A stretch of 64,000 bases of DNA from Gemmatimonadales bacterium (GTDB taxonomy: Bacteria; Gemmatimonadota; Gemmatimonadetes; Gemmatimonadales; GWC2-71-9), in NCBI GenBank assembly GCA_039794085.1, contig JBDIWC010000006.1:54600-118599 (forward strand). Reading direction: 5' to 3'. A model generated the notes under the pieces. The model ran no database searches. It saw only the letters and a list, made by a program, of their open reading frames with translations, and had not been told where the DNA came from. Shown here one piece after another: positions 29,315 through 38,924 of this stretch. The number at the start of each line of letters is the position of its first letter. Position 1 is the stretch's first letter. Position numbers and translations under genes: made by a program.

Positions 29315-30427
29315 ATGCCTCCCCCGGCCGCCGCGACCCTCCTTCCCCCCGCGGGTGACCTCCGGATCCTGCGGGACCGGGTTCGCCGCCTGGCGGAGAA
29401 CCGGCCCGGCGTGTACCGGATGATCGATCCCGCCGGACGGGTGCTCTACGTGGGCAAGGCCAGGCGACTCCGGGCCCGGCTCCTGGGGTATTTCCGGGCC
29501 GTGTACCCCGAGGACAAGGCGGCCCGAATCCTCCACGCGAGCCAGGACGTCCAGTGGGACTACGTCCCCAGCGAATTCGCCGCCTTCCTCACCGAACTCC
29601 GGCAGATCCGCCAGCACCGGCCGCCGCTGAACGTCCAGTACAACCGCACCCGCCGGGCCATCTTCGTCACGGTGTCCGGCGGGACCGCCCCCCGGCTGGG
29701 AACCAGCACCCGGGCGGACCGGGGGGGGCTCCGTTGCTATGGCCCCCTCCGTTCCGCCGACCGCCTGACCGAGGCACTCCGAACCCTGAATGACCTCCTC
29801 GGCCTCCGGGATTGTGCGGAGCGGATGCCGATGGTCTTCCCCGGTCAGGGGGATCTCTTCGGCACGCCTCGTCAGGCCGCCTGTCACCGACATGGATTCG
29901 GGCTGTGTACCGGGCCCTGTGCCGCCTTCATCGAGGAGTCGGCGTATGGGGAACGGATGGAGAGGGCGGTCAACTTTCTGGAGGGTCGCTCCATCCACCC
30001 GATCGATCGGGTGGTCGGCCCCATGACCGCGTGCGCCGACGCGGGGGACTTCGAGGGCGCCATTCGATGGCGCGAAAAGTTCGAGCACCTCGAGTGGCTC
30101 TTCACCGTGCTCAATCGGGCCCGGAGCGCCCTGGAACTCCTCTCCTTCGTGTACCGGGAGCCGGGCGACCATGGGGACGAAAGGGCCTACCTGATACGCC
30201 GAGGACGGGTCCGTGCCACCTTCCCCTGGCCCTCCACCCCGATCGAGATCGAGGCCTTCCGCGGCGTGGTGGCGTCCGAGATGTCCCGGCCGGAACCTGC
30301 CACCGGGCCCCTCCCCCCGGAGGATGTGGACGAGATGCTGCTGATCATGGCCTGGTTCCGGAAGCATCCCCAGGCCCTCCGCCGAACCACACCCCTGTCA
30401 ACGTGGATCGACGCCCCCGGCCAGTAG
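29315..30427 (+). CDS. UvrC/Cho-like GIY-YIG nuclease with Cys cluster and UVR domain
   Basis: PGVYRM..LYVGKA..LRARL; LRDC..C..LCTGPC; MTACADAGDFEGAIRWRE; no RNase H or HhH2 C-terminus. Confidence 0.88.
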   Translation: MPPPAAATLLPPAGDLRILRDRVRRLAENRPGVYRMIDPAGRVLYVGKARRLRARLLGYFRAVYPEDKAARILHASQDVQWDYVPSEFAAFLTELRQIRQHRPPLNVQYNRTRRAIFVTVSGGTAPRLGTSTRADRGGLRCYGPLRSADRLTEALRTLNDLLGLRDCAERMPMVFPGQGDLFGTPRQAACHRHGFGLCTGPCAAFIEESAYGERMERAVNFLEGRSIHPIDRVVGPMTACADAGDFEGAIRWREKFEHLEWLFTVLNRARSALELLSFVYREPGDHGDERAYLIRRGRVRATFPWPSTPIEIEAFRGVVASEMSRPEPATGPLPPEDVDEMLLIMAWFRKHPQALRRTTPLSTWIDAPGQ

Positions 30428-31000
30428 GGGCGACGCATGCGTCGCCCCGTGCCGAGCCACACGATCGGGATTCTCCGGATCTTCCGCCCAGAACAAGGGG
30501 TTGCTGAGGATATAGTCCTCGATCCTCTGCAGCGAGGCGTCGCTGCGAATCACATGCTCATAGTAATTCCGCTGCCACACGACCGCACCAGGCGTCCCGC
30601 AGCGACGGTTGATCAGTCGAGTGGCCGCTGACTTGAAGGAACCCACGATGGCACCGACGGATCGATGGACTGGTCCACGTGGTCGTTCCGTATGCGTGAT
30701 CGAGGATTGCGCTGCCGATCCGTCATTGTCGGGGAGCGTGAGAACACCGTGCACATGGTTGGGCATGACCACAAAGGAGGTGACAGCACATCCTGAACAA
30801 TGGTCCGGGATCGCTGTCCAGCAGTCGCGTACTATTCGTCCTGCCTCACTCAGCCTGATCTCCCCTCCGACGAGGTCGCCGAAGACGCACTGACGACCAT
30901 GCGCGACGACGGTGATGAAGTACATGCCCGCCTGAGTGTAATCGTACTCCGAGAGACGAACCGAACGCCGACGACGATGGCTGCCTGGATCACGAAACAT
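30398..31000 (-). CDS. REP-associated tyrosine transposase (RAYT, HUH Y1 family)
   Basis: RRSVRL..YDY, YFIT, HUH motif MPNHVHG, WQRNYYEHVIR..YILSNP. Confidence 0.93.
   Translation of the reverse strand: MFRDPGSHRRRRSVRLSEYDYTQAGMYFITVVAHGRQCVFGDLVGGEIRLSEAGRIVRDCWTAIPDHCSGCAVTSFVVMPNHVHGVLTLPDNDGSAAQSSITHTERPRGPVHRSVGAIVGSFKSAATRLINRRCGTPGAVVWQRNYYEHVIRSDASLQRIEDYILSNPLFWAEDPENPDRVARHGATHASPLLAGGVDPR
30424..30448 (+). repeat. REP (GTAG + palindrome)
   Basis: GTAGGGGCGACGCATGCGTCGCCCC. Confidence 0.9.
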
Positions 31001-31033
31001 GCATTTACCACCCTTCCCCCAAGGTCGCCGCCA

Positions 31034-31057
31034 GGGCGACGCATGCGTCGCCCCTAC
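31034..31057 (-). repeat. REP (GTAG + palindrome), inverted copy
   Basis: GGGCGACGCATGCGTCGCCCCTAC. Confidence 0.9.
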
Positions 31058-31139
31058 GGGCCTGAACTAGCCCCCAGGATCTCGGCCAGGCTCCTGAATT
31101 CCCTACGGTCTCGATCAGCTGCAAGGGCGACCCGTCAGC

Positions 31140-32000
31140 TCACTCGATCCACTCCACCCGCACTCCTCCCGCCGCCGCGGTGAGGGCCATCTCAAGTTTC
31201 CGGGTGGCGCCGGCATAGCCCCGGGACACCCAGGTGTTGCCGTCCCGGGTGAATCCGGCGTCCCCCACGTTGGCGAGCCACCGATCCACCACCAGACGGA
31301 CCCCGACATCCCTCGGAAGCCGCAGAAGCACCGTGCCCAGAGTGGCCTCCACGCTGACGCGCAGGAGGTCGGGGAAGTCACCGCTGAAATCGAGCGTCGC
31401 GGGACCGGCATCGGACGTGAGACGGAGAAAGTCACACCGGCTGTTGCCCAGCTGGCGCAGGTTCACCTCGGAGGCGTTGGCCCGGATGCTCATCCCGTCA
31501 CACGATCCTGTCGTGCCGCGGGAGAACCGCAGGGTGGCCTTCGTGGCCCGGAGCGTGAGATCCACCCGCCGGAGGGCGAGGCCGCCGAGATCGATGTCGC
31601 TCGACCCGGAGGTGAGGGTCCCTTCCAGGGAAACCGGCACCGCGGGAGTCAGCTCGATGACCGCCTCGGAGGCCGGCAGACGTCCGGCGGAAACGAGGAC
31701 CCCTCCGCCCCGCTGGATCGGATCGAGACCGAAGGTCGCGGTGCTTGTGGTCTCGTCATACCGCCCCACCGAAGCCATCGATCCCGCATCGTAGCGGGCC
31801 TGATACCGGTAGAGGGTGTGCCCCCGGGCGGTCCGGAGTTCCAGGTGGGTCCGGGTGAAGGTCAGATTGGCGATGAGCGCCACCTGCCCGTCCTGATGCC
31901 GGGCCACCGTCACGTCCCGCAAGGGCACTCCCTGAGCCGCAACCCCGCTCCCTGTCACGCCGGCCAGCAGCGCCGCGACCAGGCCGCCGAGGGGCCTCAT
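31140..32000 (-). CDS. Exported beta-rich protein (toast-rack/LiaF-C-like)
   Basis: Signal peptide ending VAA-Q; repeated DLxxL / xVxLxLP strands; last gene of ECF operon. Confidence 0.75.
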   Translation of the reverse strand: MRPLGGLVAALLAGVTGSGVAAQGVPLRDVTVARHQDGQVALIANLTFTRTHLELRTARGHTLYRYQARYDAGSMASVGRYDETTSTATFGLDPIQRGGGVLVSAGRLPASEAVIELTPAVPVSLEGTLTSGSSDIDLGGLALRRVDLTLRATKATLRFSRGTTGSCDGMSIRANASEVNLRQLGNSRCDFLRLTSDAGPATLDFSGDFPDLLRVSVEATLGTVLLRLPRDVGVRLVVDRWLANVGDAGFTRDGNTWVSRGYAGATRKLEMALTAAAGGVRVEWIE

Positions 32001-33247
32001 GAGCCGGACGGTGGTGTGCGGGTGCTCGAGGGGCGGGTCACCGCGGGGACCCCGAATTGGGGCGTGGCCCAGAGGTACTCGTCGGTCATCGCCTCGGGAG
32101 GAGTGATCCGGCCGGTGAAGTTGCTGCGGATGCCCGCCCGGCTCAACAGCGCCGCTCCAAACCCCGTGGTGGCCAGGATCCAGGTGGCGAGCACCGCCGC
32201 CCCCATCATGAGGCCACCCGCCACCGGAACCCACCCGAACACCACCCAGACCAGCCAGATCGACAGAATGCCGGCAAGCCCGACCAGCATGTAGCGGTAG
32301 CTGTTCGGATAGTCGACCAGGATCCCCCGCGCCATGCGACGCCGGGCGTGGGTTTCCCCCATCGCATGCGCCACCGCCAGGAAGCCCCCGACCACACCGA
32401 CCACCACGAGCAGCCCATACACGATCACCGCGAAGGGAATCAGCAGGACGCCCACGACCGTCAGGGCAAGCCCCACGACCAGCATGCCGAAGGTCGGCAG
32501 GAGAAGGATCTGCCCCAGCAGGCCCACGAGAAAAGAACGACCGAAGGAATGGGAGACCGTATCGGAGACGACGTCGAGGTGCCCCTTGCCGAAGAGCACC
32601 AATGCAAAGCCGAGTGTTGTCAACGTGAGAAACACACCAAGCAACCCGGATCCATTGCGGAAAAACGCCCCGACCGGGGACACCGGGGCCGCGGACACGA
32701 GGGGCGCCGTCACCCGCATGGCGCGGATCTCCCCCCCCACGCGTCCCCCCAGCTCCCGCACGGTCCCCCCGAGTGCCAGAACCTCCCCCGTCACCTCGCC
32801 GGCCGGCCCGAGGACGATGTCCCCGTCGAGGGTCACCACCGTTCCCTCCACTCGGCCATACACGAGGGCGTCGCCACGGAGCACCAGCAGGTGGCCCGCC
32901 ACCACGTCGCCCGACCCGATCGCATAGTCCCCCTGATGCGCGGATCCCCCCCGCACCGTGATCCGGAGACGGTCGGAGGATGCGTCGGCCATCGCGGCCC
33001 GCAGAGTGGACTCCAGCCCCTGGGGATCCACCAGATGCTCCAGGTCGATGGACGGACCACCGGCCGGAATCGGCCCCGGTGCCGGACGCCCCTCCTGGAC
33101 CGGCAACAGGAATGAACCGGCCCGTGCGGCGAGCTGTTCGAGGACGTCGGCGAGAGAAGGAGCAGGAGACGGCGCAAGGGCGGCTGCGGGCGCGGGTCCG
33201 GGCGCCAGCGCCAGCAACGCGAGGGCCAGTCGGCTACCAGTGCCCAT
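31997..33247 (-). CDS. Membrane protein with bactofilin-like beta-helix repeats
   Basis: Signal peptide, repeated V.G.V.G motifs, several C-terminal TM helices. Confidence 0.8.
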   Translation of the reverse strand: MGTGSRLALALLALAPGPAPAAALAPSPAPSLADVLEQLAARAGSFLLPVQEGRPAPGPIPAGGPSIDLEHLVDPQGLESTLRAAMADASSDRLRITVRGGSAHQGDYAIGSGDVVAGHLLVLRGDALVYGRVEGTVVTLDGDIVLGPAGEVTGEVLALGGTVRELGGRVGGEIRAMRVTAPLVSAAPVSPVGAFFRNGSGLLGVFLTLTTLGFALVLFGKGHLDVVSDTVSHSFGRSFLVGLLGQILLLPTFGMLVVGLALTVVGVLLIPFAVIVYGLLVVVGVVGGFLAVAHAMGETHARRRMARGILVDYPNSYRYMLVGLAGILSIWLVWVVFGWVPVAGGLMMGAAVLATWILATTGFGAALLSRAGIRSNFTGRITPPEAMTDEYLWATPQFGVPAVTRPSSTRTPPSGS

Positions 33248-33836
33248 CGCCCGCCTCACGTGCCGGGAGGGCCATCAGGTGGCGGAAGGCCAGGACACCG
33301 CCGCCGAAGGCAGCCGACAGTCCGGCCAGAACGGCAGCCAGTCGTCCCGGGGAGGTGATCAGGCCCTGCAGCTCATGATACCAGGGTTGACCCGCGAGAG
33401 TGCTCGCACCGGACCGAACGCCCGACCAGAGCAGATCCGACAGAGCCACGACCACCTGATCGCCCCAGACCGTGAGCAGCTCCCGGTTGGCCAGGGACCA
33501 GAGCACGCTCGCCATCATGGCGCCGCCGATGACCAGCACCCATGCGGCCGCCCCCGCCAGGGATCGCCGCGAGGCGAGGAGACGCCGAGGCCACCGAGCC
33601 GCCTCCAGAGGGAAAACCTGAGGCCGGGAGACCCGGGCCATCACCCGGTCCGCAAACCCCTCCGCCGGGGCGAGCTCAACCAGGGTCCGAAACGCTGCGA
33701 GCAGACTCGCGTCCGCACGTACCATTTCGAAACAAACGGGACATTGTCCCAGATGGGAACGTGCCTCGGCGGAAAGCCCATTCTCGTGGAATGCGTCGAG
33801 ATCGTCAGCGGTCAGGTGCGGTTGAGGCGTCGTCAT
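33234..33836 (-). CDS. Zinc-binding anti-sigma factor (ZAS/RsiW-like)
   Basis: HLGQCPVC (HxxxCxxC), APAEGFADRVMARV, two TM segments. Confidence 0.88.
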   Translation of the reverse strand: MTTPQPHLTADDLDAFHENGLSAEARSHLGQCPVCFEMVRADASLLAAFRTLVELAPAEGFADRVMARVSRPQVFPLEAARWPRRLLASRRSLAGAAAWVLVIGGAMMASVLWSLANRELLTVWGDQVVVALSDLLWSGVRSGASTLAGQPWYHELQGLITSPGRLAAVLAGLSAAFGGGVLAFRHLMALPAREAGDGHW

Positions 33837-33848
33837 AACTGCCTCCCA

Positions 33849-33875
33849 TACGGGGGGGTTCGGGGGAAGGTTTCA
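33849..33875 (-). promoter_or_regulatory. ECF sigma promoter TGAAAC-N17-CGTA between sigma and anti-sigma genes
   Basis: Minus strand TGAAACcttcccccgaaccccccCGTAtgggagg. Confidence 0.7.
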
Positions 33876-33876
33876 C

Positions 33877-34482
33877 TCATTGGCGGAGGTGGGCCAAGGC
33901 GATCCGAAGCTCATTCCGGGCCCGGTGGATGTAGGTCTTGATGGTCCCGAGAGGGAGGTCGAGAATCTCCGCGATCTCCTCATAGGAACGCCCGTCGACG
34001 TGCCGGAGGAGAATGCAGGTGCGGTACTCGGGCCGGAGCCGGGCGATCACCTCTTCGATCTCGCCTCCCAGTTCCTTCGCCTCGACTTCGTCCAGCGGGC
34101 TCTCGTTGTGGTCGCTGATTTGAAGGGCGGTCGCCTCGATGGCTTCCGGGGTCGCAGCATGGGGCGACCCGTCCAGGGACAGCGTATTGAGTTCACGGCG
34201 ACGGAGGTGATCGATCGCGGCGTTGTTGGCGATCTTGAAGACCCAGGACGAGAACTTGTACTCCGGACGATACGAGTCGATCGCGTTCAGCACCTTGACG
34301 AAGGTCTCCTGGGAAAGATCCTCCGCCTGTTCCCGGTTGCGGACCATGCGGTAGATGAGCGCGAACACCGGTCGCTCGTACCGGCGGATCAGTTCACGGT
34401 AGGCCCGCTCCCTCCCGAGCCGCGCCTCGAGGACCACCTCCTGATCGGTGGCGTGAGCCAAGGCATTGCCGGCGGCGCTCAC
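33877..34482 (-). CDS. ECF RNA polymerase sigma-70 factor (SigW-like)
   Basis: AEDLSQETFVK, FSSWVFKIANN..IDHLRRR, SYEEIAEILDLPLGTIKTYIHRAR. Confidence 0.95.
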   Translation of the reverse strand: MSAAGNALAHATDQEVVLEARLGRERAYRELIRRYERPVFALIYRMVRNREQAEDLSQETFVKVLNAIDSYRPEYKFSSWVFKIANNAAIDHLRRRELNTLSLDGSPHAATPEAIEATALQISDHNESPLDEVEAKELGGEIEEVIARLRPEYRTCILLRHVDGRSYEEIAEILDLPLGTIKTYIHRARNELRIALAHLRQ

Positions 34483-34536
34483 GCCGAGCCCTTCCGGGTT
34501 GCGGTCCAGCCCCGCAGGGGGCTACATTCGCGGCCC

Positions 34537-35292
34537 ATGTTCGCTATCGACAGCAAGTTACCGGTCACCGACCCGACCCTGAAGCGGGAACAGGTCCGGG
34601 ACATGTTCACGCGAATCGCCCCCCGGTACGATCTGCTCAACCATCTCCTGAGCCTGAACGTGGACCGGTGGTGGCGACGGGAGACGGTACGAAGACTCGG
34701 ATGGGAGGCCCGGCCGGAAGGCACCTACCTCGATCTCTGCGCCGGCACCCTTGACCTGGCCGCCACCCTGGCCCGGGAGCCAGGCTTCCGGGGGCGTGTC
34801 GTGGGTGCGGACTTTGTCCTCCCCATGTTGCAACGGGGACAGGGGAAGAGTGACCGGGTCGAACCACTGAATGCGGATGCGCTCCTCCTTCCTTTCCGGA
34901 ATGCGATGTTTGACGGCGCCACCATCGGATTCGGAATCCGCAACGTGGCCGACCTCGACGCCGGCCTCCGCGAGGCTGCCCGAATCCTCAAGCCCACCAG
35001 CCGGCTGGTTATCCTGGAGTTCACCGTCCCCCGGTGGCAGCCCCTGCGAAGCCTCTATCTGCTCTACTTCCGCCGAGTACTGCCTCTCATCGGACGTCTC
35101 TTGTCGAAACATACGACGGCCTACGACTACCTGCCAGCGTCGGTGCTCGCCTTCCCTGAACCGGACGCGCTCGCGGAGCGTATGCGCCGCGCCGGGTTCA
35201 CCGATGTCCGGTATGTTCGAAAGACCGGGGGAATCTGCGCCATTCACGTCGGAACCCGGCCCGCGCCGGGTGGGGGAGGCGGATCGCCATGA
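34537..35292 (+). CDS. menG: Demethylmenaquinone/ubiquinone methyltransferase
   Basis: MFTRIAPRYDLLNHLLS, LDLCAGT, FGIRNV, AYDYLPAS. Confidence 0.93.
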   Translation: MFAIDSKLPVTDPTLKREQVRDMFTRIAPRYDLLNHLLSLNVDRWWRRETVRRLGWEARPEGTYLDLCAGTLDLAATLAREPGFRGRVVGADFVLPMLQRGQGKSDRVEPLNADALLLPFRNAMFDGATIGFGIRNVADLDAGLREAARILKPTSRLVILEFTVPRWQPLRSLYLLYFRRVLPLIGRLLSKHTTAYDYLPASVLAFPEPDALAERMRRAGFTDVRYVRKTGGICAIHVGTRPAPGGGGGSP

Positions 35293-36800
35293 CGCTGGAA
35301 ACAAGCCGGGACTTCCTGGCCGCCATTGAAGCCGCGGGAGAGCTCGTCCGCGTCGCGGCCCCGGTCCGGACTCACTTGGAAATGGCCGAGATCGCCGACC
35401 GGGTGATGAAGAGCCCAGGCGGGGGTCCCGCGCTCCTCTTCGAGAACCCGATCCTGCCCGACGGATCGAGGAGTGACATCCCCGTCGCCATCAACCTCTA
35501 CGGCTCGATGCGCCGGATGTGCCTTTCCCTCGGCACCGACACTCTCGATGCCATCGGGGACCGCATCACCGGAATGCTCGACCTGAAAGTGCCCGAGGGG
35601 CTCTTCGGCAAGCTCTCACTCCTCCCTCGGCTCGCCGAACTCACCAAGTTCCCCCCACGTTCGAAGAGCGGGCGTCCGCCCTGCCAGGAAGTGGTCCTGG
35701 CGGGGGCGGAAATAAACCTCGACCGGATCCCCTTCCTCCAGACCTGGCCCGGCGATGGCGGACGGTACATCACCCTCCCCATGGTGATCACGACCGATCC
35801 CGCCCGGGGCATCCGCAACGTGGGGATGTACCGGGTCCAGGTGCTGGGCCGGGACTCCCTCGCCATGCATTGGCAACGTCACAAGGTGGGAGCCGCCCAT
35901 TGGCGGGAGATGGCCTCCCGGGGCGGGAAGATGCCGGTGGTGATTGCTATCGGCGGGGATCCGGCCAGCGTCTACTCGGCGTCGGCCCCGCTCCCTCCCA
36001 CCATCGATGAGTTCCTCTTTGCCGGCTTTCTCCGCCGCGCCCCGGTGGCGCTCGCCCGGGCCGTCACCTGTGATCTCGATGTCCCCGCCGAGGCGGACAT
36101 CGTGATCGAGGGATACATCGACCCCGCGGAACCGCTGGTGGTGGAGGGCCCCTTCGGGGACCACACCGGGTTCTACTCTCTCGCCGACGACTATCCCCGG
36201 GTGCAGGTCACCGCCGTCACCCTGCGGCGGAACCCGGTGTATCAGGCCACTCTCGTCGGTCCTCCCCCGATGGAGGACTTCTACCTGGGACACGCCACGG
36301 AACGGATCTTCCTCCCCCTCCTGCGGCTCACCATCCCGGAAGTCGTGGACTATCACATGCCGGCCCCCGGGATCTTCCACAACCTGGTGTTCGTCTCCAT
36401 CGACAAACAGTATCCCGGCCAGGCCTACAAGGTGATGAACGCACTCTGGGGACAGGGCCTCATGTCGCTCGCCAAGGTCCTGGTGGTGGTGGACCAGGAG
36501 GTGAACGTCCGCAATCCCGACGAGGCCTGGTGGATCGCGCTCAACAACATCGATCCGGAACGCGACGTACGGTTCACGATGGGCCCGGTGGACGTGCTCG
36601 ACCATGCGTCGCGGGCCTTCACCTACGGCAGCAAGATGGGCATCGACGCCACCCGCAAATGGCCGGAGGAAGGGTTCACCCGCAAGTGGCCGGATCTCGT
36701 CCGCATGGACGACGCCACGAAGCAACGGGTGGACGCGATGTGGGCCGACCTGGGAATCTCCCTTCCGGGAGCGCCCGGCGCCCACCCGGAGCGCCGATGA
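35289..36800 (+). CDS. ubiD: UbiD-family menaquinone biosynthesis decarboxylase (MqnL-type)
   Basis: NVGMYRVQ, EGPFGDHTGFY, SKMGIDAT. Confidence 0.93.
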   Translation: MTLETSRDFLAAIEAAGELVRVAAPVRTHLEMAEIADRVMKSPGGGPALLFENPILPDGSRSDIPVAINLYGSMRRMCLSLGTDTLDAIGDRITGMLDLKVPEGLFGKLSLLPRLAELTKFPPRSKSGRPPCQEVVLAGAEINLDRIPFLQTWPGDGGRYITLPMVITTDPARGIRNVGMYRVQVLGRDSLAMHWQRHKVGAAHWREMASRGGKMPVVIAIGGDPASVYSASAPLPPTIDEFLFAGFLRRAPVALARAVTCDLDVPAEADIVIEGYIDPAEPLVVEGPFGDHTGFYSLADDYPRVQVTAVTLRRNPVYQATLVGPPPMEDFYLGHATERIFLPLLRLTIPEVVDYHMPAPGIFHNLVFVSIDKQYPGQAYKVMNALWGQGLMSLAKVLVVVDQEVNVRNPDEAWWIALNNIDPERDVRFTMGPVDVLDHASRAFTYGSKMGIDATRKWPEEGFTRKWPDLVRMDDATKQRVDAMWADLGISLPGAPGAHPERR

Positions 36801-37699
36801 CCGCCACCCCCCGGGAGGGCCAGACCCTGGCGGGCCGGTCCCTGGCGGTCCGGTACGCCAACTTCGTCAAGCTCCCTCACACTCTCTTCGCCCTCCCCTT
36901 CGCCCTCCTCGGCGTCCTCGCCGCGGCCCCGCTCGCCCCGTTGACGCCCGCCACGGTCGGCTACGTGGTGCTCGCCTTCACCGCGGCCCGCTGGGTGGCG
37001 ATGGGCGTGAACCGGATCGTGGACCGGGAGTACGACGCCCGCAACCCGCGCACGGCGGCCCGGGAACTCCCGCGCGGCGCGCTGACCATGACCCAGGCGT
37101 GGGGCTCGGTCCTGGCGGCGGGGGGGATCTTCATCTGGACCTCCTCGCGACTCAACCCGGTCTGCTTCGTCCTCTCCCCGGTGGCGCTCGCCTGGACATG
37201 CGCCTATTCGTTCGCCAAGCGCTTCACCTGGTGGCCGCACCTCTGGCTCGGCATGAGTCTCGCCATCGCCCCCGTCGGCGGGTACATCGCGGTGGCGGGA
37301 GCCTGGAGCGAGCCCTGGTGGGTGCTCGTGGCCGTCACCGTCGGGGTGGCCACCTGGGTGGCGGGGTTTGACATCTTCTACGCCCTCCCCGATGCCGCCT
37401 TCGACCGCGCCGAAGGTCTCCACAGCGCCGTGGTCCGCTTCGGGGAAACCCGCAGCATCCTCCTGGCCAAGATCCTCCATGGAATCACGGTTCCCGCGCT
37501 CCTCCTCTTTGGCTGGGGCGCCGGATTCGGAACGGTGTATGTTGTGGGGGTCGGGATCGCGGCGCTGCTCCTCGTCTACGAGCACCAGCTCGTGCACCCG
37601 GGGGACCTCTCGCGGCTCGATGCGGCGTTCTTCACCATGAACGGGGTGATTTCGGTGACGGTGTTCACCTTTGCACTCGGCGATCGGCTGTTCGGATGA
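36797..37699 (+). CDS. ubiA: UbiA-family polyprenyltransferase (MqnP-type)
   Basis: KLPHTLFALPF, NRIVDREYDARNPRT, GFDIFYALPD. Confidence 0.93.
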   Translation: MTATPREGQTLAGRSLAVRYANFVKLPHTLFALPFALLGVLAAAPLAPLTPATVGYVVLAFTAARWVAMGVNRIVDREYDARNPRTAARELPRGALTMTQAWGSVLAAGGIFIWTSSRLNPVCFVLSPVALAWTCAYSFAKRFTWWPHLWLGMSLAIAPVGGYIAVAGAWSEPWWVLVAVTVGVATWVAGFDIFYALPDAAFDRAEGLHSAVVRFGETRSILLAKILHGITVPALLLFGWGAGFGTVYVVGVGIAALLLVYEHQLVHPGDLSRLDAAFFTMNGVISVTVFTFALGDRLFG

Positions 37700-37838
37700 A
37701 GAAGCCACCCATGCCCGAACCACGGCCGGAGAAGCCCGGTAGGGCACCGACCCCTCAAGGGCCCGTCCGCCAACCGGTGCGACCCCCGGCACCACCGAAG
37801 CATCCGGTCCGGGTCCCCACTCCGAACCGCAGGGGCCG

Positions 37839-38432
37839 ATGACTCCCCATCCAATCGTCCTCGGGATCACCGGGGCATCGGGGGCCCCCTATGCCGTCCG
37901 GCTCCTCGATATCCTCGCGCGCCACCGGGTGCCGGTCTGGCTGACGGTGACGAGCCACGGGTGGCGGCTCCTCGCCGAGGAGTGTGATCTCACGGACCTC
38001 GCCTCGCTGCGGGGAGCGACCGGAGGCGACTGGAGCACCGTCACCCACTTTGCCGATGGGGATCGCGGCGCCATGCCCGCCTCCGGATCCCAGCGCACCG
38101 GCGGGATGGTCATCTGCCCCTGCTCCATGGGCACCGTGTCGGCCATCGCCCAGGGATCGAGCCGGTCCCTCGTGGAACGCACCGCCGACGTGACCCTCAA
38201 GGAGGGACGCCGACTGATCGTGGTCCCGCGGGAAACACCGATGTCGGCGATTCACCTCCGCAACCTCGCCACGCTCGCCGAGCTGGGTGTGACCGTGCTC
38301 CCCGCCGCTCCGGGATTCTACCACCGGCCTGCCGCACTCGCGGATCTGGTGGACTTCATCGTGCAACGCATCCTCGACCACCTCGACCTCGACATCGAGA
38401 TCAGCCCCCGCTGGACCGGGGAGACGGCCTAA
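37839..38432 (+). CDS. ubiX: Flavin prenyltransferase
   Basis: GITGASG, ASGS, PCSMGT, RETP, PGFY. Confidence 0.95.
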   Translation: MTPHPIVLGITGASGAPYAVRLLDILARHRVPVWLTVTSHGWRLLAEECDLTDLASLRGATGGDWSTVTHFADGDRGAMPASGSQRTGGMVICPCSMGTVSAIAQGSSRSLVERTADVTLKEGRRLIVVPRETPMSAIHLRNLATLAELGVTVLPAAPGFYHRPAALADLVDFIVQRILDHLDLDIEISPRWTGETA

Positions 38433-38436
38433 CCCC

Positions 38437-38913
38437 GTGCGGCTCGGCGTCCTCTCCGACACCCACGGGATCCTCCCGAACGAGGTGCTCGACCTCTTTG
38501 CCGAGGTGGACCTGATCCTTCACGCCGGAGACGTCGGCGATCCCGCCATCCTCACGACACTCCAGACCATTGCTCCGGTCCACGCGGTCTGGGGAAATTG
38601 CGATGGGTTCGACGTGCGACGCGTCACCACCGAGCGGGTCGAGGTCCGGATCGACGGGTTCGATCTGCTCGTCCTCCACGGGCACCAGTACGGACGCCCC
38701 GACCCGGAGAGCCTGGCGCTGGCCAACCCCGGGGCGGAAATCATCGTGTTCGGCCACACCCACCGTCCGGTGCTGACCCTGGTGGATCAGGTGGTGACCG
38801 TCATGAATCCCGGCTCCGCCGGCGACCCGCGACACGGACTCCCCCCCTCGGCGGGGATCTTGGAACTGGAGCCGGGCATCCCGCCCCGCGGGCGCCTGGT
38901 AGCGCTACAATGA
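38437..38913 (+). CDS. YfcE-like metallophosphoesterase
   Basis: SDTHG, HAGD, GNCD, HG, GHTH, NPGS. Confidence 0.92.
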   Translation: MRLGVLSDTHGILPNEVLDLFAEVDLILHAGDVGDPAILTTLQTIAPVHAVWGNCDGFDVRRVTTERVEVRIDGFDLLVLHGHQYGRPDPESLALANPGAEIIVFGHTHRPVLTLVDQVVTVMNPGSAGDPRHGLPPSAGILELEPGIPPRGRLVALQ

Positions 38914-38924
38914 CGAATTGATCA

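Larger units (their letters stand above)
30424..31057. mobile_element. REPtron: RAYT gene flanked by inverted GTAG-type REPs
   Basis: GTAGGGGCGACGCATGCGTCGCCC at 30424 and its reverse complement ending at 31057. Confidence 0.88.

Noticed and set aside
28970..29423. ORFs with PTPNTQYP or WVLG repeats
   Set aside because: Translations of the heptamer array; they overlap mutM and the nuclease gene.
33880..34536. Apparent N-terminal fusion on menG (470-aa ORF)
   Set aside because: Antisense of the ECF sigma gene; menG begins at 34537.
34537..38432. menG-ubiD-ubiA-ubiX cluster as a novel pathway
   Set aside because: Matches known late steps of futalosine-type menaquinone synthesis.
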